Shown piece after piece: positions 12,921 through 23,913 of a DNA stretch of 64,000 bases. The notes under the pieces were generated by a model, which was given only the letters and a program-made list of their open reading frames with translations, did no database searches and had not been told where the DNA came from. A program made the position numbers and the translations under genes. Source of the DNA: Protoeuglena noctilucae (Eukaryota); contig OY253685.1 in NCBI GenBank assembly GCA_958009085.1, positions 248,001 through 312,000 on the forward strand. Direction: 5' to 3'. The stretch's first letter is position 1. Each line of letters starts with the position of its first letter.

Positions 12921-13448
12921 CCCGTCCCCCGCCCTCGCCGGGCCTCTCGGCCTCGCCCGGCGCCCAGCGACTTATTAGACCGTAACTGATACGCTAGCCA
13001 AGCGGCGGCGCGAAAGGTGCGCTGGGTCGCGAGCGGGTCTGGGCCCTCTTCGCGGTTGCGACGCTGCCCTGGGCGCACAGGCGGGATTACAGGCAAGGCG
13101 GAGCAGTGTCACCGCGAGTTTGCGTGCAAAGAGACACCGAATGTCACGAGTCATGGCGAGATGGCGCTGTGATATCGATGTCTGACACGTTGCCTGACCA
13201 CGGGGTCCTAATCTGCGGTGAACCCGCACGTCGCCTGGGAATTTCTGTCGTTTGATGACCCAGCTGTGCCATCGGATCGATTGCGCGCGCATCGCACCCC
13301 TACCTGCCGAAATCGCCGAGTTTGCCAGCCCGCGCGAAAAGAGGATTGCCACATCGCCCCTCGTCAAGTGCGCTGTCGGAGTTAGTCGGTGTCTGCGAGG
13401 GGTGGGCGGCTGCCCAGGATCGGTGCTCGGTTCAGGGCAGCTCGGAAG

Positions 13449-15294
13449 ATGGCGCGGGGCTGGTCCCTGGCCGCCTCCCCATGCTCGACTTCGACGGCGA
13501 GCGCGCCTGAGGTGTCTGGGTCCGCGCGAGTCCGGGCCGCTTTCCGGCATCGCCTGAGGCCCGGATTGTCCTCGCGCCTCGCGGACCGCCTCGCGCGCGC
13601 GACGGCCTCCGACGATGCGGATGACACGAAGAAGGGAGGTAAGTGCTCGCGGCCCCAACTCGCCCAGCCGTCTCGCTCCGGGGTGGGAGAGTTTTCATGC
13701 GTGCCTTGCCCGGGCACTGCCGTCACGCTGCAAGCTCTCCTGCGCTCTCTCTCGTCGCTGCGCTCAGCCCAGACGACTCTTCGCGTGCTCGGTCCTCGCA
13801 GCGCTCCAAAACCTGGTCGGCGCGATCACGACGCGGGTGAAGCCGCCCGTCACGATGCGCCGGACGGTGGGGGGCCCCGACCTGGTGGCCTTCATCGTCG
13901 GAGGGGCCGCCGTCATCGTCGGGATGCTCGTCTGGGCGTCCGGGGCGCGCGTCTTCAAGAGCGGCCGCAGCTACCAGGCCATCATCGAGTTCCCCCGCGC
14001 GTGCGGCATCACGGTCGGGACGCCCGTCCGCATCCGCGGGGTCCGCGTGGGCCAGGCGGTCGCTGGTGAGAGCAACATGCGATGCTGCTGCTCCTCGCGC
14101 TGAAATGGGACCCGTGTGGCTTAAAACGGCGCCATCTTCGTCACGCACGTTGCCATTGCCCCATCCTCGCCGACCTGCCCTCCCTACCCTCCCTGCAGTC
14201 CGCCCTTCTTTGGAGAAGGTGGAGGTTGTGGTGGAGGTGGACGACGAGGCGACCGTCATCCCCCGGCGATCGGAGGTCCAGGCCAACCAATCGGGCCTCA
14301 TCGCCGAGCCCCTCATCGACGTCGTCCCCACGCTGCCCATCGCGCCCTTCTCGGCCCTCCCCACGCACACGGGCTGTGAGGCCGAGGGCGTCCTTGTCTG
14401 CAACCGCGGGCGCATCCAGGGCGAGCCCGGCGTGGCCCTTGACGACCTCGTGTACATCATGACCAAGCTCGCCAATCAGATGGACATGGACGGCTATTCC
14501 AAGGCCCTTTCCACCGCGGAGGCCGCGCAGGCGGCCATCCTCGAGGCGCGGCCGCTCCTGCAGCACGCGGCCGCGCTCACCCGGGAGATCCTGCCCCTCG
14601 TGAGGGAGCTGAGGTGAGGCGTGCTTGACGTGGCGGGGATGCGGTGCGCGCTGGGTCACAGGTTGAGGCCCGGGTGAGGGAGAGGGGGTTGGGAAACAGA
14701 GAGTGAGGATGGATTTTCTGCATCAACGGGATTCAGGGTTAAGCAGGGGTCAAGGACTCTGCACCCTTGGCTCCACGCACCCCGTCACCCACCCCCGTAC
14801 GAACACCGCTGTGCCCTGGACACCCCACGCAGGGACAGCGCGCTGGTGAAGAACGTGGAGAGCCTGTCCGCGACCACGGCGGCGGCGGCCAACGACATCC
14901 ACAAGCTGAGCCGGGACGTGCTCACGCCCGAGAACGTGGCGGCGCTGCGGGACAGCGTGGTGACGCTGACGGAGGTGCGTGGGGCGAATAAGAGTGAACG
15001 TAAAGCATTGATGTGACTGGAAGAGGTGTCACAGGTTGTTGCTATGCGCGAGGCTCGCAGCGTGACATGCATAATGCGACGACCAACGACGCGTGCCCTG
15101 CCAAGGGCGAGGTGCCTGTCATTATCATGGGTGATCGATGGCTTCTTGGCGACCGCTCGACGCCATCTCTCCCCCAGACCCTGAAGCACTTCGAGAGCAT
15201 ATCGGCGGACATGGGCAAAGTCACGAGCGACCGCCAGGTGCAGGCCAGCGTGCGGCAACTGGTCGAGGCCCTGTCGCGCCTCGTGTCCGAATGA
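13449..15294 (+). CDS. TGD2: TGD2-like MCE/MlaD lipid-transfer protein, plastid
   Basis: Ser/Arg-rich transit-like N-terminus, single TM helix, EFPRACGITVGTPVRIRGVRVG, NQSGLIAEPLID, GEPGVALDDLVYIMTKL. Confidence 0.9.
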
Positions 15295-15569
15295 CACCAG
15301 ATGTGTAGACGATGAAAGACACTTTTTCTGTTCCCTACTAACCACCTGAGCCTTGCATGCATTTCTGCGAGCGCTCGTCAGCCTTGCCGCTCCCTCGTGC
15401 TGTGCGTTGATCAGCCGGCCCTCTCCGCGGCCCCGCGACGTTTGAACGGCGATCAAGACGTGGACTGTTCAGCAGGATTTGTTTTGACGTCATGTCTGAG
15501 AAAGACAGCTGGGTCGTTCGGGTGCAAATCTGCCTGCGCCTCCCGTGGCACATTCAACGGCCTCTCAGG

Positions 15570-17667
15570 TCACGCCAGGGCCTTGCCCGTTCGAAATGGG
15601 TGCTCTAGGCACGCCTCTACCGACGGCCGCGCCCGCCAGTCCCTCGCCATCATCTGGCCCAGCAAGTCCCACCCTGCACCGCCGCCCTCCGCAAGGAACT
15701 TGCACGGCTCCTCCCACCGGTCATCCGCCTCGCAGTACTCTCTGTGAGGATCGGTACATGCAATATTCGAAGCCATGACCACGATATGCACCACGGGGGC
15801 ACCTCCACCCCCCTATAACACGCACAGACGGACGTGCGACAGCTCCACGTTTTACACCTATCCTTCCACCCGCACTCCTCACCGGAAGGCCTCCATGTCG
15901 AGCCGGAACGTCCCCTCCACCAGGCGCTGCAGCTCCCCCGCAGAGGCGTCCCCGGGCCTCGTGAAGGGTACGAAGCACAAAAAGAGACCCAGCAGTCCCG
16001 CGGCATACACGTCGTCCGCCTTGCCGAACTCTCGCCGCTCCCTGCCGTTGTCTGCGCCCTCCGCTGCCGCCCGCGCCCACAGCCCCTTCGCCAGGCCGTC
16101 TCGAGGGTCCTCACCGCCCCCAGAGATGCCCTGCAGCCCCGCCGACCCCGGTCCCTCTCGCCCGCTCGACTGCGCGTCCCATAGCTCTGCCAGCGTGGAC
16201 CCCCCTAAGAGCGTCTGGTCCGATACGTCCACCGCGAACGCCAAGTCTCGCAAACGCACCCGCAGGAAGCGCATCTCGTTCTCATCCACTGCGACGGCAG
16301 AAGCACAGGGTTCCTTACAAGCAGAGCAAGCGAGGCACCCTGTCATGTCAGCATATGTCGACCGTTCGTGGCAAACGCGGCACTTGCCCATCATTCATAG
16401 CCAGTTCCAGTTCCTCTCCTACGCAGCCAGGACCTCACCTGTATCCATCGTCACGCTGGTGGGTCCCAGCGACTGGTGCAGCCAGTTGCACCGGTGGATG
16501 AAGGCCAGCCCCTCCATCGCTCCCCGCCACACCCGCAGCACGGCAAGCCTTCTCCTGGCCAAGGGCCTCTTGGGGTCCAGGCGGTCCCAGAACTCCCCGT
16601 CTCCCACGGCGCGCCCTGCAGCGAACGCCTCAGACGCCATCCGCGCGTACTGGTCCGCCGTGTACACGCCGTCGTTCCTGCGGTGAGGCGTCAGAAACAT
16701 CAAAGCGTGTGTTGCGTCAGAGCGCAGGGACGTCGGCTCAGGTGGACTTAGGTGGACAGGACGGATGGAGGACGAGCCTGCGTTTATCACGGTTCACATG
16801 AGCGTGGCATGGTGGCTCACCGCAGCACCAGCCACTGCTCGCTCGCCCCCGGCGCCCCGACCGTGAAGGCCCCCAGGAGCTTGCACACGTGATCGCTGAA
16901 CGCCGGCACCGAGGGAGGCTGCAGGCTCGCAAAGGCCCTGGAAGGAGACGAGGGGATGGTGATGTCGGTGGGTATGCGTCATGCCACGTCACACTCTCAG
17001 CAGCGTGTCGCATCGACGTGGTTGGACCACAGATTGACGGTGACCCTGACGGTGCGGCTGCCGACCGCACCTGAACTCGTTCGCTGCCATGACATCCGCG
17101 TCGCTCCGTGCCTTGCTGAGGGGGTACGCCTTGAGGATGCACCGGGTGCCCGACAGCGGGCCCCGGCGGCAGACAGCCTGGTACAGCTTGGCCGTAACTG
17201 CGGGCGTGGTGAAGACGGGACGGTGTCCATTGCAGAGCCTCTCCTGAGCCCAGCGAGCCAGCATCCGGGTTCCTCGTCGCTCACCAGCCCCTTCTTCAAT
17301 CTTCTGCCCCGCCATCTGCTGCAGATCGCGCAAGTCGAGGCCCAGGTCCTGGCCACCCAGACCCTGCACGCGCAAACAAGCCTCGTGAGGTGGCTATCGT
17401 GCGGCTCATCACGCGCGCATGGCTCCGGTGATTACAACCAATAATCACCTGTGATGTGGGCCTGTAGGAAGAGACGCTGAGGAACCCGACGCTCCCGAGG
17501 AGCCGCTCAATCTCGAAGTCCCCGGCCGAGAAGGCGCTCACGCGCGCCGCGACATCCCGATGTATCGGCCGATGACGCGAACACGTACATCCGCGAGAGA
17601 CAGTGGCCACAGCGGAGCAGGAGCGGCCCAGCGATGGCCCTCGGGAAGGGATGCAGCGCGTCGCCAT
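15570..17667 (-). CDS. Plastid-targeted Ser/Thr kinase-like protein (probable pseudokinase)
   Basis: Kinase-fold exons GLAFIH..LHQSLGP, LRDLAFAVD, DDVYAAGLL, GWDLLGQMM..RPSVEACLEHPF; transit-like N-terminus; start approximate. Confidence 0.75.
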
Positions 17668-18072
17668 TGTGGCTACTGGGAGGGCCGATAGTCGCGCACA
17701 GTCCCGCGCACAGCTTGACGCCTTCGCGGCTGCACAAGGGCAAGCTAAGGTACGGCTCCAGCCAGTGTGTGGCCTGTACAAAGCCAGCTGCTGTCCTCTA
17801 GAAGGATGCTGAACGAGCTGTAGCCTCGTGGCTCCGACGCAGGTGAGCTCCGAGAGCCCGGCTTGACGCTGAGGAGGGCCGTGCACGATATAACTGGCCT
17901 GGATACGAATCCGCGAGGGTTCTGTCTGTTTCACACGAGCGTCAAACGACTGTCAGTTGTCAGGTTGCTGCCAGAGCTGCCAAAACTACCAAAGCTGGAA
18001 ATGGGGGACGGCTGGACGCTCTGTGTCACGCCGGTCAGCTGGCTGAAGGCATGCTGCTCGACATCACACGGC

Positions 18073-19661
18073 TCAGTTCCCGCTAGAGTTGTTGCTGCTG
18101 CTGTTGCTGCTGTTGTTCGCCAAGTAAGGCTGAAGCCTCTGCGGGGACAAAGGCAAGTATCGATGGCTCAATAGGGCTGCTTGGGCGATATGAATGTCAG
18201 CCACAGGTGCAGTGACCACCCTGGCATGGCGCCCTCACCCTGGCGAGGGCCTTCAGCGACCGCGTCTGCACAAACACGAACTGCTCCGTGGAGGACTCGT
18301 TCGTGAAGAGGATGGCAAAGCCCTGCGAGCAGGTTGCCAGAAAAAGCGTACCAGATATCCCACTCATCCACCCATGCCGCGCCGTCTCATGCGAAGCGCA
18401 GCTGCAGTCGTCCAGACCCCTCACCTCGCCCGTGATGCAGCTGCCCACGACGGTGTCCGCGGCCTTCGTCAGCGTGTACTTGAGACCCGGGTCCTGGGTC
18501 CACCCCAGCACGTACCCGTTGTCGAACTTGCGCGACTCGCCGGGCTGCAGCACGTACTTGGCCAGCGAGCCGAAGGCATTGAAGAAGATCTTGCCGTGGC
18601 CACGCGCCCTGCGACGAGTCACAAGCGTTTGTTGTAGTAAGCGCGGCCCAGCCCGTCACACACATGCCAAAATGCCCGGTCTCTCGCCCTCACCTAACCG
18701 CGCAGCAGGTCCCCGTCGCGCAGCAGCCCGCCAGGCCCAGGCACGTGGCGTGGATGGACACCGTCTCGTCGGCAGCCAGGAACGCCCGGGGCTGGAACCG
18801 GACCTCAGCACCCTCGCCGACCGTGTACACGCCAATGTCGCCCGAGAGCTGCGGCGACGAAGCGGAGGGGCTGGGCTGGGCGTGACGCTGTTGTTGTTCC
18901 CGGCCAAGTCCGGGCCCTGCGCGTTTGCTACGCCGTGCTATGCACACCTCGGGGGCGATGAGGACGTCCGCCGAGGCACCGCCCTTGGGCCTGTAGTGGT
19001 TGAACCAGCACGTCTCGCCCAGCAGGGCCAGGAGGCACCCGTTGCACGACCCGCCCTCGCACTCGGCCGACAGAGACATGTTGGGGTCGATCGTCAACAT
19101 CGTTCCCCCGACTGACTTCACGCCCACGTCGCCGGGTTTAAGCTCGACCTGCGTGCGGCATGTGGTGGGCATGTGGTGTGCTGTGGTGGCACCCAAGAAT
19201 CGCAGCTAATATCTCGGCGCTGCGACTCGCCTGGATGCAGGGGTGCGCGCCCGGCAGCGCCAGGTAGTAGCGAGAGTCGTTGGGGTCGATCTGCGCGGGC
19301 ATCGCACGGCGTGGCGTCGCGGCACGCATGGCTGTACCGCTGCACCGCCCCTATGCATGCAAGGCAGCGGGATCTACGACACGGTCGCCCGCGCAGGCCA
19401 CATACCTGCACCATCCGCTGCTGCAGCGGAGCAGAGGCCACGGTTCCGCCCGAGAGCGGGATGCCCATCGGCACGAGCTGGGCTGCAGGGGACGGCGAGC
19501 CAGCGACATTGCAGCCGGGCAGGTGGCGGGCGCAAGGGAGTCGATCACTCCAACACATACAGGCTGTAGAATCGACGTTCTGCGGCAGAATGCGTCCCTT
19601 TGGTTTTTGACCTTGTGCGCTGCGCCCTCTCACCGGAGGAACCCGTGCCATTCTTGTCCAT
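18073..19661 (-). CDS. AIM24/TRAP-like domain protein
   Basis: VELKPGD..GTM, GETCWFNHY, PRAFLAA, GHGKIFFNAFGS, LQPGE..FDNGYVLGW, VFVQTRS; C-terminal poly-N/S encoded by a GTT/GCT microsatellite. Confidence 0.75.
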
Positions 19662-19923
19662 GGTATCAAGAGATCGCAGCAGCCTAAGCGTGGAAGTGAA
19701 TTCTGCCCCCCTCCCCGTCCAGCCATCGCTGAGGAACACGCAGAACAATGGGTAGGTTTTTGCCAGCAATGGCCGTCAGTTTGCCTTTTGTCGTGCCATG
19801 TCTTGAATGAGATTGCAATCCTTTGATCGTCAGGAGGACGCGTGGGTCGCGATAATCGCGTTTCGACTGCAGGGCAAGCCATCAGTGTGTCGCACGCACG
19901 ATGCCTCGGCGGGCCCGCGGAGG

Positions 19924-21865
19924 ATGAGCCTGCGCGCCGTGCCTCCGAACCGGCAGCTGTGTGAGATGCAGAGCGACGCGGAGGCGCCGGGGACGTCGAG
20001 GCACGCGGCGCTCGCGAGGCTCAAGCGTCTGCGTTCGGATTTCCACAGCCTGCTGGCGCAGAAGGCGAGGGTCGTGGGAGCCCGCGTGCTGCGCATGATA
20101 CGCGTGTGCAATGACCGATATCCAGGCGGCGTCGCGCGCGCAGAGGGAGGTGCTGGCGTCGGTCCAGGAGGCCACGCACTTCATCGCGCAGCAGGCCACG
20201 GACAGGAGCCACCGGTGAGGCTGTTGGAAAGGGATGTGATGTGCTGGCAGGCGCTCATACATGAACGCTGTTTGTGAATTTCTTCTACCCAGGCCCCACC
20301 CTCGCCTCGTCACGCACGCGGCGGTCGCGGGCTTCGTTCCCTCAGCGCCCAGGCGAGCCAGCAGTGACCTGGAGCCTATTCACATGCGGTTTCCTGGGCC
20401 TAAGAAGCACCGAAGCATCCAGCCGTGGTTGGTCCACGCAGGCCTCCCTCTTCGCTGGAGACGTCGATCGTGTCGGCGTTCCACCGGCAGCCGGCCAAGA
20501 GAGGCGAGCGCACGGGGCCATCAGGTCCCCGTCCCATGTCAGCCTCGTGGGTGGAGGACGAGGGACGGCGCTCGTGGGACCGCGGGGCCGAGGGGGCGGT
20601 GCCGGGTCCCTTCGATCGCATTGACAGGGCCCTGCAGCGCCGCGCGGCGCTGAGGGAGTTGCGCGTGCGGGTTGGGGCGCGGAGCCCGGTCGTAGAGCCA
20701 CCCAGAGTGGAGGCCTCTGTTTCGGAGAGAGACGAGGGCCACGCCAGCGATGGGGAGGTGGCAAGCGACGCTGGGGGACCGAGCGAGGGTGGTGGCGGGC
20801 AAGAGGAGCCCTCAGTAGTGGAGGTGCCACCTCGCGCGAGGTCGGTGGGGGTGCAGGCGGGGGAGCAGGAGGAGGCGCCAGACAGGAGTGAGGACATGGC
20901 AGCACAAGCCGTGTCTTACTTGCGAGCCCGCACGGCGCGGGCCGTGCTGGGGGCGTGGGCGGGGTGGGCGCGGGCCCTGGCGACGGCGCGGCTGCGGGCG
21001 ATCCGGCGCGAGGAGAGCTGGGGACCTGCGGCCTTTCTGTGGGCGGGCGCCGGTGCGTGCGCGGCGGGGGGCGGCGCTGGAGAGCATGCAGGTCGATGTT
21101 TGGGGTCCGATGCAACTGCCAGCTGTGCCGCCCATGCATGCAGACCCGTCCTGGTCGCGGCTGGCGAGGAGCCAGGGCCACACGGCGCTCGCGAGGGAGT
21201 TCTACCGCCGCATACTCCTGGCCAAGGCCCTCGCGAGCCTGCGCCGCTCGGCGCTCTTTCCAACGGGAGGGGCTTTGGTTGTCAGCAATGGTAGTAATGG
21301 TGGTGGTGGTTCGTCAGGGTCGGACGACGGCGTGGCTGCGGTGGGTGTGCAGGGGCAAGGCAGCACGTGGGAGCTGCGGTCGGAAGCCGAGAGCTCTGCA
21401 AGGTCCTCGGAGCTGTCAGAGAGCAGCAGCAGCACTTGCTATGACCGCTACCAGTGGAGTGTGCCGCGGGTGCCCCTGTCCCGAGAGTGGCTGGAGGGCC
21501 TCAAGGGCGCAATGCGGGCTTTCCCCAAGGGCCGTGGGGTGCTCAGAGCGGGGGGCAGGGGAGAAGGGGGATGTACCCAGGGCCAGGCGGGCTCTCGGGC
21601 GCGGTGGTGGAAGGGGCGGTTCCGGGTGCTGGCGACGGCGGCAGCGGGGGCGCGGGGTGATGATGATCGAGGGGAAAGGGGGGGCAGGAGCGGTGGGGTC
21701 GGGGAGGCATGGGTTGAGAAATGCCCCTCCAGCAGCGAGGGCGAGGGCGGCTGGGGCGCGGACCAGCGGTTCGCCGCGTGGCTCAGGCGGCGGCGACGCG
21801 GGGCTGGCGGTGGGGAGATGGTGGGTGATTCATCGTTTGGGTTGGCAATATTGAAACGTACGTAG
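19924..21865 (+). CDS. Hypothetical spliced protein (coiled-coil/low complexity, a few Trp-spaced helical repeats)
   Basis: Consecutive long ORFs joined by plausible introns (e.g. GTGCGT..CATGCAG at ~21053-21143); no firm family. Confidence 0.45.
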
Positions 21866-22052
21866 GTTTGCAGGCGGTCCCTGGGCAGGCCTGAAGTGAG
21901 TCAGAATTTTGCCAGGGATTGGCTTTTTCTCACTCACCGACGGGTGAGGTTGCTGCCTACTCCTCCCCTTCGACCTCAATTCACATACCTAACCAATCGA
22001 TAGCGTTGTGAGGTTCTAAGGGCCTTTCGGCCCGGCAATACACGCCGGCAGG

Positions 22053-23312
22053 ATGGCGCAGGGCCTCGTTGCGGATGCGTTGGGCTACGTGTGGGACAAG
22101 CTCTTGACTGCCGCCCTAACGGCCGTATTCACGGCCAGCTTTTTGGGACTGACGCTGAGGGGAGCTCTGTTTACGAGGCCCGGGCGGCTGCTGTTCAAAT
22201 GCTGCGTGGGCTTTAAATACACTATTTTGGTGTTCATGGTCGACGACAAGGCGAATGAGGGCGTGTTCCGCAAGGTAACTGGCGTCATACAGCACGTGTG
22301 TGGCGCTCCGCCGCGCATGCGTCCTCCGAGCGCGTGCTTGGCCGCCGGGCATGGGTTGACTCCCGGCATGGGGCAACATGGGCAATCGTGGGCCTTACTG
22401 CGCAGGTCATGATCCTGGTTGACGAGACAATAAATGGCTGCTGCCTGAAATGCAGCTGCATGCCGAAGTGGTGGTTCCAGCCTGCGGAGCTGTGCGACCT
22501 CTGCGCGACTCTCTGCGGGGTGCTGCCGCGAGTCAATGGTTACCGCCGAAAAAGGGTGGTCGAGATTTTACTGCCCTGCCTTCAGAACGGGAAAACAGGG
22601 GGGGGCGTTGCGAAGACCATCTTAACTTTCTTCTCTGCCAAGCCACAGCAGGAATCATGGCCTTCAGATGTGTCTCGTCTCCTCGTACATTCGTGCGTAA
22701 GGCTGATTTCGCTACGGGGCTACATAGTGTCCCTGCCGGTTCCGGAGGCCCGGTCAGGATGCTGCCGTACCTGTAAATTACCACCGACAGCGGGAGAAAG
22801 GCAAGACAAGACTTCGGAGAAGCTTTTCGTCATGATGAGGAAGGCCATGCAGTCTTGTGACTGGACTTCAGAAGGTGTGGCGGATGGCATGCAAGGCACG
22901 ATTGTTTAACTGTTGTTAATTTGTCTAACTGAGGATTGCTGTCTGCATTCCTGCAGACTTGGAGATCGAAACGGAGCTTGTCACAAATCTTCTCACTTCT
23001 TCGAGCTGGTTATTGACGAGCGCACTTGACACAATGACTGTTTACGTCCGTGCCCGCTGCATCGAAGCTGTGTGGGATCTGGCGTGGCGTGTCGGCTTCG
23101 ACATGATGAACTCTGCTCGAGACTTCTTAGTGACGATTGTCAGCACGAGGGTCGACGATTGGGAGCCTCAAGATTTCTCCACCAGACCTGGATTTTCTGA
23201 TCCCTTTTGGTACTTCAAAGGAATCCAAGTGAAGATCCTTGACAAGTACCCAACTATCTTATCAAGAGAGGGAGTATCAGGTGAGTTGGCACGAATATTT
23301 CATGGCAGTTAG
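22053..23312 (+). CDS. Orphan spliced gene with N-terminal hydrophobic helix and Cys cluster, in a lower-GC segment
   Basis: ATG 22053, canonical introns (GTAACT..GCGCAG; GTAAGG..CGACAG; ..CCTGCAG), stop TAG 23312. Confidence 0.6.
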
Positions 23313-23374
23313 GCAGCTCGGCACATTGACAGATTAACATTAACCACCCACCTTACAAGCAGGGCAGCAATCTT

Positions 23375-23394
23375 CCCCCCCCCCCCCCCCCCCC
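23375..23394. repeat. C20 homopolymer
   Basis: 20 consecutive C, counted directly. Confidence 0.95.
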
Positions 23395-23913
23395 GGCCAC
23401 CTTCACGACTAAACAGGAGAGTTCATCCCGACACTGTGGACGAGGTGAGCAGCGAGCCCTGAGTAAATGCGCCCTTGCACACAATGCCCCCTCACAAGCG
23501 GCTTGCTGCGTCGGTTTATGCAGACTTCCAGAAATCCCAGAGATGCGGGTGGAGCAAGTCAAGCACCCTTCGCCCTGTGTGCGCAAAGTGACACCCCCGA
23601 TCCAGTACAATCGGCTCACTCTTTTCTTGGGCCGTACCACATTGCAGGCGCTACCTTATGGCCAAGTGACTTCACAACCTAACCCCAGACAGGCCGGGCC
23701 TGTCCAGCACACCGCAACCGACCCCCGCCCCGCAGCCGCCCCAAGCAGTAGGAACCCAGCGCGCGCCCCTTTTCGCTCTCGTTTCAAGAAACGCACCACA
23801 CCACACCACCACTACAAGGCCGCAGCAGCAGCAGCTATGCCCAGCGCGCCGGGCGCAGACCCGCAAGCGACCGCGCAACTACTGGCACAACTCCCCTATG
23901 CTCCCTCGGAGTC

